NCBI GenBank assembly: GCA_964016885.1 | Contig: OZ024750.1 | Location: forward strand, 20,274,001 to 20,338,000 | Source: Eledone cirrhosa | Taxonomy: Eukaryota | DNA: 64,000 nt | Direction: 5' to 3' | Shown here: positions 44,378 to 59,035 of the stretch, in pieces | Numbering within the stretch: position 1 is the stretch's first letter | How the letters are laid out: each line of letters opens with the position of its first letter | Translations under genes and position numbers: made by a program | Notes under the pieces: model-generated | What the model saw: the letters and a program-made list of their open reading frames with translations, nothing else | Told to the model about the DNA's origin: nothing | Database searches by the model: none

Positions 44378-46379
44378 ATATATATACATATATGTATATA
44401 TAAAAATATACTTGTTACACACTGAGGTTGAACATGGGTTAAAGGCAAAACGAAATAAAACTCGGCACTAGTGCTGTTGCCTAGGTGGTGCATATACCGT
44501 TTGCCTCAAGTTATATGAAACAAAATATATTGCTCAAGGAGAGAAAACAGCATGTCATAACCATACATGAAGAACACGTATAAATAATATGAAATGAATC
44601 TAATACCGATTATGGTTTATCATTCAACATTCATCCCATAATAATTTGTGGTAAGTACAAAATTACTTTCTCTGACACACATTGAAATATTTTCATTTCA
44701 ATCTGATCTATAGAATTTGAGAACGTTTCAAGTCTCTGTTGGTTCTGACTACTACATAATATCAGCATCTCACAGAATCCTCTTTCATCATCTGCTAATA
44801 TATATTCAATAGCTATCTATCATCCCATTTGAAAACATCACTTGATATTTCCGACACCATAACACTTTCTCAGCTTTCAACAGCAGTTCCTCGTTATTAT
44901 TGATGAACTACAACTATATATATCTCCTTTAGGTCTAACTGGTGAAAATGCAGAGGAGAAAAGGAGATGAAAAATGAGACACAAGATGGGCGAAATATGA
45001 CGTGAAATATTAATCTGGAATTATCGAAGATCTCTATTCACACACACAAGAGGAGATCACTTCGCCATTGTTATAAATGAATACATGATGATCAGTGAGT
45101 ATATTCCCAGCAGATAAGATCTTAACACAATCAATTTCCTCAAGAAAATATTCGGCGCAAGTACTGAAATATCTACTTTTTATATTATTAGATAACTCAT
45201 CTCAGGATTGGTTTATCTTATAATCAGTTGTAGCCCATTTTCTTGTTAAATCACTAACATATTTTGAAAGCATCGTGCATTTAGTTTACATTTCACGGTA
45301 CTCTACTGTACTATTCCGGACACATATAATATAGAAAGAGGCACATCGTTGATCCAGAAGAATAAATAATATACCCGATGCCTGTACGCAGCCAGGTTAA
45401 GAAATATCCTCAGAAGAATTAGTATTACACCCACAGAATTTACGATAACAGCATCAACAATTTTGATAAGTCCAGCGACAACAGCATGGTGGGTCGTAGT
45501 TCTTGTGACATCGTTAAATTTATTCTTTATATCATGAGTAAACACCTTGCAAAAAACTAATTCAACATCATATATACACAAATCAGAAGGGGTTGATAAA
45601 GAGAGCTATCATTGCGGATGCAGCATAACCAAATGTTTAAGGTGTTCGCTTCACGATAATTAGCTCCTGGTCGAATCATATTGCATGGCATATTGGGCAA
45701 AGCCCACACTGTCCGTCACCTAGCTAGGAATCAGCAATATACCTATATCACTTTGCCAGAGACTTAGCATAGACCGGGAGGCTTAACAAGGAGATACCTC
45801 TATAATTAGAGCAATCTCTCTCGTCCCTCTTTTTGACAATTATTACTCCTATTTGCCATTGCTTTAGTCCCTTTCATGAGATCCTGGCAACCTAGCACAC
45901 ATTAGCCAGCCAGAGAAAACTTTCTCTATGTAAGCCTTTTAACATCTTGGGACGAATTTCATCCTCTCCAGAGGCCTTTCCACATTTGTTTGCTCAATTT
46001 TCCCTAGTCACCTCAGCATTTAAGAGATTAGTTTTAATCACTAGATGCACGTCATGTGCATCAGAAGATATTTGTTGTTACTGGATTTAAAATATCATCA
46101 ATTATTCTCTCCCTATCATGAGAATGAACCTCTCTTCAGATTGAAGAATCCTAGATGAGTTTCTGATAGCAGGCATTATGGTGGGGACTTCTTAAAATGA
46201 AGTTGGGTGACGGTATACCAGAACATTTTATTCGCAGATCTAAAGATGGATTTCAGCTTCACAAATTCCTCCCATGTCTTAACCTTCGATGCCTTTACTG
46301 TCTCTGCTGCCATCTTTTGTGCCTGATTGTACTACGAGTACAAGAAGTAAGACATATTTCTAAGCTAGGCTTAGTAAAC

Positions 46380-46520
46380 TTCTAAGGTCATCCCATATAT
46401 TATTCCGGATATTTAGTGGACGGAAACTATATTGAAGATGCCGGATGGGCGTTAATTCAGCATTCATTAATCTCACGGAGAAATGCGTTAACAGTACTGC
46501 CTGTGTAATGCTCTCGTTAA
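46380..46520 (-). mobile_element. possible decayed CR1-type LINE 3' ORF end
   Basis: Translation HFSVRLMNA resembles the CR1 terminal FFSxRVVNxWN motif. Confidence 0.3.
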
Positions 46521-47062
46521 TTACGTAGGTAGTTGCTTCCTTTGAACAAACAAATACAATATTCATCGTCAAATTCAAGAAGGTCATTATAATCGGCACA
46601 AATACTACAATCGGCACAAATACCACAAATAACTATGTCCAAATCAACGATATACTAAACGCAAACGTTTGATGTCATTCGCAAAAAAACATACTTTCTT
46701 GTCCTGGTTTAACTGCTACGATTATGAAAAAAGCTACCACTGAATATAAAGAGTTACAGCTGATTTAGTTGACGAAGCTGTTATAAAAGTCAATGTGTGG
46801 GACATTGAACATATTTCTAAGATTCTATCGAAGTTAAGTGTTCTTTCGTTTTCTTGATTTCTTCTTTCTTCATTTTACTCACATTCTGAGGAAGATGTTG
46901 GATGTTGTTTCAGATGGAGAGGTTGAACACCGTATGTCACGATGATGCTCCTGCTACTCCACTAGGAATGAAGAACCTTTAAGCATTAATAATTACTAAG
47001 AGTTGTGTTGATTGCTAAAACATGCCTAAATTGAAATTAATATTATTATTTGAAGAAATCGA

Positions 47063-47503
47063 GGGCGCTGGATTGGCAGTATCGGTAGAGTGTCGGACGC
47101 CATGCTTTGCAGCATAGAGTTACGGCTCTTTATGATCTAAGCTCAAATCCTGCCGAGGTTAACTTTGCCTTTCATCCTTATGGGGTCGATAAAATAAAGT
47201 ACAAGTAACGCACTGGGGTCGTTTAATCGACTTTCCTCTCCCCCAAAATTACTGGCCTTGTGCCTATATAACAAACCATTATTTGAAGAAATCTCAGGGC
47301 AGTGGATTGGCAGTATCGGTAGTGGGTCGGACTCCAAGCTTTACAGTATAGAGTTACGGCCCTTTATGATCTGAGTTCAAATCCCGCGGAGGTCAAATTT
47401 GCCTTTCATCCTTACGGGGTCGATAAGTCGCACTAGGGTCGATTAAATCGAATTCGCCCTTCCCAATAATTGCTGGCTTTGTGCCTATATAAGAAAGCAT
47501 TGT
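47063..47503 (+). mobile_element. tandem pair of family A SINEs (long variant), about 47063-47283 and 47297-47503
   Basis: Two head-to-tail copies. ATTATTTGAAGAAATC is repeated before the first and between them, with TTGTTTGAGGAAATC after. Confidence 0.88.
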
Positions 47504-48076
47504 TTGAGGAAATCACGGTATTCTAACTAGCAACACTATAACAATTTCAGCAAAGATAACGACAATTTCAGCTTCTAACTGCTCATACCATGCTTTATAT
47601 ATAAATTTACTTCAATATGATCGTCTTTATTTGTATGTTTTAAAAAATAATTTTACTAGTGAAAACCTAATGAAAAATCTATTGATTAAATGACAGGCGT
47701 ATAAGGAAAGAGCGATATGGTGCCATACAGTTAGTTATTGTAGTGGAATGATTGAGTTTGAAAATATAAGCTTTTAATGTCAATGTGAATATGAATGAGG
47801 AATGGTTGCAAAGTTCAGAAGGAAATCCAATGAGAAAGAATTAAAAGAAGAAAAAATGTAATTATGCTATTGCAGATTCTCTGACCCTAATGTAATGCAG
47901 CCATTTTGTTTTGACTAGATTAGTCATATTTCAAAACTATATAGAACATTTGTATATTTGGTTATATACACTCATATACATATACACACCTATACACAAG
48001 TACACTCAGACACATACACAGATGCAAACACACCCTCTCTCTCTCTCACACACACACGTGCACGCACACACACACT

Positions 48077-48115
<39 letters not shown>

Positions 48116-48571
48116 GCACTTGTTTGCCAAAACATAATGAAACTATTAAACAGTAAATAACTTTTTCCAAACTTTCTTCCAAAATAATATGTTCGTCTTA
48201 TATTGGGAAAACCAGGGTAAGTGATATCTAGTTTGTAACATAAATATCATGTGTAACCTTTGTACGAACATAAACAAGTGCTGCAATCTATGAAGCTACA
48301 AATTCTATACGTCGTATCTGGTAATATTCACTGTTTTACTAACATAGAAAATATGCGTCGAAGCGCGTATCATAGTGACGATGGTGATCAGATAGATTTC
48401 TGAAACGGGTGGAGTGCTGTGTAATTGTGCTTCATTCCACGCTGCTTTTCACAAGGGGAAACGTTATAAGAACCCAATCAAATATAGATATGTGTGAGTC
48501 GTTGCAAATATAAAATTAACCAGAAATAACTATCAGTAAAACACACAACTCTCTCACTCTCTCCCCTCTCT

Positions 48572-49172
48572 AATGCGTTGAAATGTCCAAATCAACCACA
48601 GGAGGTCAAATCCTATGTGGGTATGGCGGAGGGCCGATTTAAGGAACGCTTCAGTCAAACTTTAGGTACCCGGACAAGCGATCATCCTCGAGACTCGCGA
48701 GCCACGTATGGTCCCACAAGGAGTCGGGTATAGACTACTCCATTCAATGGAAAGCCGTCACTGAGTCCAAGCCATACGCAAGGGGCAATCAGTCTTGGGG
48801 ACTGTGTTTTGAAGAAAGTATAAATATTTTAGGAGATTCCGCAATAGCGACTGCCTAAATTCAAGTAACGAATCTTCTCACATGGTCTACATGTCTGGAT
48901 ACACTTCGTGCATAACCACAACGCTCAGGATTGAATAACAACAACAATCTAATCTTCTAATCAACTCGAACATCTTTTGCCGACTTTCGCAGTTATCTCC
49001 CTTACACCTTTCGCCCGTGGCTTTGTATCGCTTGGGTGAAGTGACCGGTTCTGCGCATGCGCGTTCATACGTGTGTTCTTCCTGTTCCCTATAACCATGA
49101 CCAGTCCGAGCTGAAGATCCGCTAAGGTGAAACAATTGTTCTCGGTATGGTGAACTAACTGTTGTGTTACTA

Positions 49173-49174
<2 letters not shown>
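48572..49174 (+). mobile_element. Penelope-like element 3' end (GIY-YIG endonuclease remnant, 3' UTR, hammerhead)
   Basis: EVKSYVGMAEGRFKERFSQ, then after a frameshift FRYPDKRSSSRLASHVWSHKESGIDYSIQWKAVTESKPYARGNQSWGLCFEESINIL..CLNSSNE. This matches the PLE GIY-YIG C-terminal pattern. The element ends directly at (TA)n. Confidence 0.85.
49106..49145 (+). ncRNA. minimal type I hammerhead ribozyme of the PLE
   Basis: CCGAG-CUGAAGA-UCC gcuaa GGU-GAAAC AAUU GUU-CUCGG, with a palindromic stem III. Stem I extends via ACCAU/AUGGU. Confidence 0.7.
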
Positions 49175-49229
<55 letters not shown>

Positions 49230-49328
49230 CACATACACACACATATATATATATAGAGAGAGAGAGAGAATATATGTGGGTGGGTGTGTGTGTATGTAAA
49301 TATGCAAACATACCTCTGTCTCTCTCTC

Positions 49329-49487
<159 letters not shown>

Positions 49488-50456
49488 GTATATATATATA
49501 TGTCCACGTTTTCATGTGCTCACATTTCTATACAGTACTAGATTCTCAATTCAGGAAGTAGGTGTGGTTCAATAGATTTTAACAAATATTTATTGTCTTA
49601 CCTCGATTTTGGCTTCACCTTTTCCTTTCCTACTTTCTCTTTCTCCCTCCCGTTTCTTTATAATGGAACCACTGGAAATGTAAAAAAAAATAACAAAAGA
49701 ATGAGTTGCCCAATCGTTATTCTATTCAATATAATTTATACGTTTTCATTTTCTTCCTTTCTGAAAAACCTATATTTAGTTATAGCTGTAGGAAAATTCA
49801 TGGGTAAAATGGTAGGAATTTATATTAAATTTATATTAACAACGATACTTTTTATGGCTTATTTGTGATCGTTGTTATCCCTAAGCGAATCACTGGAATA
49901 AAAGGTGTTGGTAATATTTTGTTGGAATGCTATAACTATTCAGATAAAATAATATAAAATTAAAATATTGAATTGCCAATCTTAATCCCATTCATTATAT
50001 CTGTTTGTCCTTCTATTCTGAGAAAGTGAAGTACTATGCAACTCAAATTGATTTAACAGTTAGGAAATTTGAAACAGGCATGTATAAAAACAAAAATTCA
50101 AACGCATGTATCATATGATTCCCCAAGTTGACGTTTCTGTAAAATTGAAGGAGTTGGAAGAGAAGAGAGAGCCGGGAAGCCCTCCTGAATATCATTGAAG
50201 TATCCACGAACTCATATTTGAAATGAAACTTCATAGAGAATCAGTTGTATCTACAAAGGTATATGTTGCAACGCCAAAAATTCCATAAATTCTCAAAACT
50301 TAACCTTCTGTAGCACATGGAATAACATTAGCAAGTCATTCTTGAAATGTACCATATCAAACTATGATTATGCATTATATTATGAATTAGAGTCTTTATT
50401 TGGTTTCTGAATTTGTTTAGCAAGATTCTTTATCTGAAAACGTGTGTTGAAACCGA

Positions 50457-50870
50457 TATTGTTATACTTTGTGAGGGTCATTTTGCTAATAAGAAACACA
50501 CGCACCAGTTGCTTTCACTTCAATTTATTATAAATTTTATAAATTTTATAAATATAAATTTTATAAATTTCCGGTTGGTTGGTTGGTTTCACAACCGGAT
50601 GGTTGTTCATATATTATCAAAGTTCTTTCGCCACAAAGGAGAGGCACAACACAAAGAAAAGAATCCCGAGCCACTGAAGAGGTCACGCAATGTGTGACGA
50701 AAGAACTTTGACAATATATGAACAACCATCCGGTTGTAGAACCAACCAACCAACAGGAAATTTATAAAATATATATTTATAAAATTCATAAAATTTATAA
50801 TAAATTAAAGTGAAAGCACTGGTGCGTATGTTTCTTATTGGCAACATGACCCTCCCAAAGTATAACAATA
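50457..50870. mobile_element. fold-back element (about 178 bp arms) with hammerhead core at the inner junction
   Basis: Termini are TATTGTTATACTTTG..CAAAGTATAACAATA, and CTGAAGA-GGTCAC..GTGAC-GAAA lies at 50674-50702. The same terminus occurs at about 37871-37895. Confidence 0.85.
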
Positions 50871-51065
50871 GGCTTTATTTGGTTTTACAGCAAATGTCAT
50901 AATAATTTTTAGAAATATTCTGCTAAATCATTTCAGAATTTTTATAGTTATATGACAAATCTAAAATTATGTCAAAATTTAATTTTCAACGCAATATATT
51001 TTGTCCAAACTTTTCATCAAATATATTCTCCAAAAAGAAAGTTACTGGTCCGAAGAATATGTTGA

Positions 51066-51305
51066 GGGACGTGGCTTAGTGGTAAGAGTATTGGACTTAC
51101 GATCATAATGTCGTGTTGTGTTCTTGAGCAAAACACTTCATTTGACTTTGCTCCCGTATACTTAGCAGTAGCTGGGGATTTAACTCTGCGATGGACTGCC
51201 GTCCTGACCTGCAGGGTGTTTTGTATTTTCATTCGCTTCACGTCATGGTGGCTGGGATGAGCACCGGTCTGAGGGAAATTTGAGCTCTAGACAGACGGAC
51301 TTTAA
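51066..51305 (+). mobile_element. CORE-type SINE, family B2 (degenerate)
   Basis: GTGGCTTAGTGGTAAGAG head, TTCTTGAGCAAAACACTT core and CTGCGATGGACTG tail. Confidence 0.7.
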
Positions 51306-51889
51306 TCCGACGAGTCTAGGCATTTTGGTTATACAAATAAATATTTTTGTGTATACAGTTCATCTCTCTTGTTTTGTATTCAGATTTTACCGTCAGGAAA
51401 TCATGATGGGATGGCTTGCGTTAGGTGGTATTCACTTATATATAAATGTATGGCCTAAAGGTAATGTTTAATTTGCTTAGGGACTAAAGATCAAAGGAAA
51501 TCTCAATAACAATACCACGACCACGATGCTCACAAAATCGACTGGATAATCGAATCATAATAACACACGATCGGGGAAAAAACCAAGGGAAAATCGAATA
51601 ACAACCTAACGCAAGCATACGAAATCGAATTCAAAAGGGAATCGCAGGGTTAATGCCTCTGAAGAATTATATCGTAATTGAATCGCAATTGGTCACTAAA
51701 GCTTGAGAGCGTGAGATATATAAATGGCAAATTTGTTCGCATTATTCGTATTAGAAGACAGGCATGTAACATCGAATAGAAATAGAAATTGAATCTCAAG
51801 TATGAGAGATCAATTTGAAATTGCATGCAAAATCACGTACCCCCATACACTAATTCTCTCCATCTCTCCTTCTCTCACTCTTTCTATCT

Positions 51890-51991
<102 letters not shown>

Positions 51992-52458
51992 TTCTCTTTC
52001 TCTATCTTTCTCTGACACAAAAACACACACATGGCAGTAGGGTATTCTGTCCATCAAATATTGCGTATTACCTTTTCAGGAAATTTAACTTACAAAAAAA
52101 CAAAATACGAAATATGAGGCACTCAGTGGCTGGTCCCATTTAGTACCAATTGGTACATCAGGTGCTCCTAACGACGGACTGTAGTTTTTCCCCATTAAAT
52201 CTTTCAAATGAAACCATGCTTGAAGGAAGAGCCACGGGTAAATCGTAGTTCATTTTTTATATCGTTTATGTTACTCTATTGTCCGGTGTGTCCAGCTACG
52301 GTATGCCAACCAGCGTTTGTAAGTTGCCTCCAGCTCCTCTCCTTTCCGCAATTATCTATATATGTCCGCAAAAAGCAGCAACTAACCTGAAATACATTAT
52401 ATCAGGCTGCCGAGAAATGATATACTAGAAGAATAAAGATCCCTTAAGTAACACAAAG

Positions 52459-52654
52459 AATAATAATTGTTTCTACTTTTGGCACAAGGCCAGCAATTAT
52501 CCCAGTGCATTACTGGCGCTTTATTTTATCGACCTCGTAAGGATGAAAGGCAAAGTTAAACTCGGCGAGATTTGAACTCGGAACGTAAAGGTGCGTAACT
52601 CAATGCTAAAATACATATCGTTCGACCCACTAGCGATACTGCTAATCCACCGCC
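52459..52654 (-). mobile_element. tRNA-derived SINE, family A
   Basis: Full family A pattern on the minus strand. Confidence 0.88.
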
Positions 52655-54283
52655 ACACCATAGTCATTCACCGGGAAATCGTTAATTTAAAATATTTTTA
52701 AACACTCACCAACAACCACCCACCTACACACACACGCCGACGCCTCCTCCATATACATATATATATATTCTCGAAGGTGGGCTGGGAAGTCCATAGTCTA
52801 GCTCTGTTGGAGTGAAACTAGAGCTGTGACAACTTTGATGCATTAACTTCAAATCTTCTTATTATTAACTCTTTCCAAGGTAACTGGTAGCGATATCTAT
52901 TTAAAATCTGAATTGTCTTTTAATTTTATTTCGTGACAATACTATTTTAAGCAGCCACGGCTGCCTGCAAGACTCCCCACTGCCAGCTAATTATATTATG
53001 TCTATTTTCAATCCATCCCCTTATTTTCTTTCTCTCTTCTTCCACGGTTTCTTGTAAAATGATATTTGTGAGGACCCTGAATAAAGAAAATCGCTAAACG
53101 GATAACCAATAAACGCTTGCATGATAAGAGAAAGTAATAAAACCAGCCTTATCATCAAAAGAGAAGCTTCATTTCAAGGAGATAGACTATGCTCACTACG
53201 TTTCAAACAGCAATTCACATAACAAATTAGATGAAAGGAAATGCAATGATTATTGTACAAAGTGGTTTCGTTAATGGGTAATTCGAAACTATATACACAT
53301 GAAAACCATTAGTGGAGAAAATACAAAACACTACACAAAATTGCACATGCAGTCAATCGTATACGAATTGTTAGCAAGATATGCGAATATAAAAATGTTC
53401 TCTTACACGATAAAAATTAATTAAATACCAAAATATTAAGATCAATTTATAAACTTGAATCAGAATTTTCTGATGAAATCTAGCTATAAAAATTGCAATC
53501 AACAGCAGAAGAGGCGGAAATAAATGTCACGATTCGGACAAAAATTCAAATTAATATTGAAAATAAAAGTGAAGCACAGAAAGAAAGATTAGTTGTACTT
53601 ACTGATCTGGTTAATTCAATACGAAACTGAATCCAATGCCAACCTCTCATATAATTGCTAAATAGAATGCACATATTCCTTCAACTGAGTAACAACCAAA
53701 ACAACTATCATTTTTATATGCATCTGTATGTGAATGTAATCCGTAAATCTCTTGCTTTAAATATAGCATAGTATATATTACGCAATATTACTGGTTATCT
53801 TATACGAGTAAATCGCTTTCAGTAATTATGATTTACGCTTTAGGCACAAGATCCGGAACATGCAGTTATAGAATGTCGATAAAACTTATCGTGCTGATCA
53901 TAAATTAATTTTGAACCCATTTACTAATGATCCGGAAAAAATGTCCCAAAGTATTTTGTCCACTGCACTAACGTTTCTACCACATCACCTTTGTATAGCT
54001 TTGAGTACTACATGTCGGTAATATTGTTACTAAGTTGCACATTAGGGAGAATTAAGTGTATCCCGGTAGTTACATGATATATTGATTAGAACGTCGTTTA
54101 AAAGTTGTTCAAGATCTCTGCACTTTGAATTAAAATCCTACTCGGAGCAAATTAACATTTCTTCTTATGGGGATCGATATATGAAGCACATTTCAAGAGC
54201 GGCATGTCAATAAATAACCATATTTAGTAACATCTACTCAGAAACATACCTAAGTTATGTGTGTATGCATATGTATCTATCCT

Positions 54284-54391
<108 letters not shown>

Positions 54392-56213
54392 AGAGAGAGA
54401 GAGAAAATAGGAGTATCCGATTTTTGTAGGCTATATCACATATTTTAAAAATAAATGTCGGTAACAAAAAAGGCAACAAATGACTTACAAGTTAATTGTT
54501 CTCAATTAATAAGTTGAGATATGTCACTGGGTATGGTAGAGATGTTTAAAGGAGTATTCCACGGAGTACTATAATATAATCAAGATATCAGGAAAAACCA
54601 TCACCCTTTCTCGAAGTACAAAGAAAAAAGAATTCGTACATCAGAGTCTCTAACACGTGTTTCAATACAGCTATGTAATCACCTGCGAAACCTGAATTAT
54701 TACGTAATCAACTATATTGCCCTGTACTGTGAAACTATTCACATGAAAGAGATGCAGGAGAAACTGAAGTTGAGTAGATGAGAGAACATACTTATAAAAC
54801 AAATTACTACAGATACATATTCCGCAACCGATGTATTTATGGTCAAATATATTAGATAATTTACTTATAAATTGAAACAAATATACAATCACAATACGTA
54901 AGTGCTCAAGTTGAAGTAGTAGTAAGTAAACCTGAAAGTAGCCGAAAGATTGTGTTAGTGGGTCATTAGAGGAAATGGGAATACCGATATGTACTGATTG
55001 GTCAGTCACTGTCCGTTGTGAAGCGTAGTTCAAAGGAAGAGGGAGTAAGTATTAAGAGAAGGCGAAAATGATTGCAATATATGAAATTTATGGGAAAGGT
55101 GGATAAAGGTCTTTGTGCAAAGAAAGAGAGGTATAAAAGGAGACAGACTCATAATAGGAAGATAAAGTATTTGGTATATATATTGTTTGACTGCGCGATG
55201 GCACAATACGACTTGACGAGGTAGATTGTTGATTCGTTGGAACAAATATATATATGGTTGTAATATGACTTTGATACTAGAATTATACTAAAAATAGATG
55301 TCGCGATGTGGGATCGAATAATACAAATTTGTAATATTTGTTGGTATGCATACTGTAGACTCTACTTTGCGCGCGCGCGTGTGTGTGTTGGCAATGGCTG
55401 TTTAAGTTTAATAAGCTGGTGTGTATAATCATCTAATAGGTAATATAATATAAGTGATATATAATTTAGTTGTGCGTATGGGTGTACAAAATGGAGATAT
55501 GTATAATACATATGTCATAGAACATATATAATGGTATGTGTGTTAATCAGTGATATAGTTGTAAGGTTGTCTCCATAGAGAGAAGGCGAGTTTAGAAGAT
55601 AGTGTTAGTATGGATGGCATTCTAAAAGGGATTTCAGATTTGTGTTGGTAATTAAAAGGTCTGCCGCCCCTGGTGTTTAATTAGCCTTTTCAAGTCACAA
55701 TTTCACACACAGCCAATGAACAGTTTTCAATCAAGTCTTCCTCTCAGATATGCCAAGGCATATTTCGAAATTGATCACAATAACACATAGATTATATTAT
55801 TCTATTTCATTATCCCAAACGCCGTCCAATTCCGTTGGTATGGGTTTTAACACGACTGTTCCTCCATGGATCAAACGTGCCACCTGTGCTGGAAATTGAA
55901 GTCACGTCATTATTAACATAATTTCAAGAGATTAATAACTAAGCAATGCGTCGTCACATAGACCGTGGTCTTGCTAAATCGTATTTTAAATAAAGAGAAG
56001 AAAAGTATTAACTGTTATGTAAATATATCTAGTATAATCTACGACTATAGTAACCTTATAAGGGCTGATGACAGCCTATAAGGGCTGGTACCAGAGGAAA
56101 TATTGCCTCAAAATGTGATAAGTGTTAAGCTTTACTTCGGCCCATGAAGATAAATCCTTTTTTAACAGAGAACATAGACTTTGGAATTCTTGTTTCGACG
56201 TTTCTTTATGGTA

Positions 56214-56388
56214 AATAATTGTTTCTAGTTTTGGCACAAGGCCAGCAATTACCCCAGTGCATTACAGGTACTTTACTTTATCGACCCCGTATACATGAAA
56301 GGAAAGTTAACCTCGGCGAAATCAGACCATAAAGGACTGTAACTCTATGCTGCAAAGCATGGCGTCAAACCCTCTACCGATACGGCCA
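56214..56388 (-). mobile_element. SINE family A (internal deletion over the B box)
   Basis: The tail, core and head match family A. Confidence 0.85.
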
Positions 56389-56558
56389 TTGTTAATTTGT
56401 ATTTGATAATAGTTTCGGACATCTATATGTCGAAATACAATTGCGAATCGATTAAAAAAACTTTTCCACGTCAGAGAAACTAAAATTCAGCGATAGCAAT
56501 ATATACTACTCGTACTAATCCATATATATGTATATATTTTATAATGATGTTTCATTAT

Positions 56559-56867
56559 GCCGAGGTTAACTTTGCCTTTAATCCTTACGGGGTCGATAAA
56601 TTAATGTACCAGTAATGCACCGGTTAATTGCTGGTCTTCTGCCTAAAGTAGAAACAATTATATTGTATATATACAAGGTTGATGAATTGGCACTATCGGT
56701 AGAGGTCAGACGCCATGCTTTCTAGCATAGTTATGTCCCTTTATGATCTGTGTTCAAATCCCGCCGAGGTTAACTTTGCCTTTCATCCTTACGGGGTTGA
56801 TAAACTAAAGTACCAGTAATGTACTGGTTAATTGCTGGCCTTGTGCCAAAACGTAGAAACAATTATA
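56559..56867 (+). mobile_element. two family A SINEs (partial 56559-56662, full 56682-56867)
   Basis: GCCGAGGTTAACTTTGCCTTT.ATCCTTACGGGGT occurs twice. Confidence 0.88.
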
Positions 56868-57105
56868 TAGTATATATAAACATTTTTCATTTTATTTTAT
56901 TTTACCTCATTCAGTGTCGTATATCTCCGACACCGGTAACAGAAGCCATATTTTCAAAGATAAAATATTCTAAGGAATACGAAAAACATTTTGTTAATTT
57001 CTGGTTGAATCAAGCAGTATTTACATTTACAATTTTCTGTAGAAATCATATTTCGTTTGCTTTAAATATAAAGCGGTGAAAGTGAGATATAACGCTCGTT
57101 TGTTA

Positions 57106-57187
<82 letters not shown>

Positions 57188-57196
57188 TACATATAC

Positions 57197-57227
<31 letters not shown>

Positions 57228-57250
57228 CATATACACATATATATATATAC

Positions 57251-57345
<95 letters not shown>

Positions 57346-57506
57346 GTATTAGTTATACTATTTATGGTTATGTAAACACAAAACCTTAAGCAGTTGTAAG
57401 TATTTTACACACACCCTAAATAGTGGTAGGCAGTAATGTATTACTACCTTATTACCAGTAAGTTAAGTAGCTCAATGTAAAAACATCAGATGATTTACAG
57501 AGCAGT

Positions 57507-57872
57507 TATATGAGGTATAAGAATCAAAGAACTGTTCAAAACATTATTGTGCTTACAGCTGTTTCCTCCAAACCGAGGTTTGGATTCTTCGGAGCAATTT
57601 ATTAATGCATGGACAGTTATATGACCTCCTTTTCAGCCGAGAGACATACCAATACATATTCAAACATTGATACATATTCAATGTTGACCCACAATGTTTG
57701 AATATGTATCAATGTTTGAATATGTATTGGTATGTCTCTCGGCTGAAAAGGAGGTCATATAACTGTCCATGCATTAATAAATTGCTCCGAAGAATCCAAA
57801 CCTCGGTTTGGAGGAAACAGCTGTAAGCACAATAATGTTTTGAACAGTTCTTTGATTCTTATACCTCATATA
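57507..57872. mobile_element. apparently perfect fold-back (about 175 bp arms, 16 nt loop) of a PLE-like 3' end, hammerhead-like motif in each arm
   Basis: The arms read as exact reverse complements and the right end runs into (TA)n. Confidence 0.9.
57781..57833 (+). ncRNA. minimal hammerhead-like motif (CCGAAGA core variant)
   Basis: GCU-CCGAAGA-aUCCAAAC cucg GUUUGGAg-GAAAC AGCU GUA-AGC, with a palindromic stem III. Confidence 0.6.
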
Positions 57873-57878
57873 TATATA

Positions 57879-57967
<89 letters not shown>

Positions 57968-57980
57968 ATATATATATATA

Positions 57981-58760
<780 letters not shown>

Positions 58761-58809
58761 GTATATATATATGTATATATGTGTATATATATGTATATAT
58801 ATATATGTA

Positions 58810-58913
<104 letters not shown>

Positions 58914-58941
58914 TATAAATATATGTATATGTATATGTATA

Positions 58942-59035
<94 letters not shown>

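Noticed and set aside
54590-55350. GAAACACGTGTT palindromic stem III and a ..FSPSLN peptide on minus, suggesting an old PLE
   Set aside because: No adjacent CUGANGA-like core or clear GIY-YIG motif could be read, so it was left uncalled.
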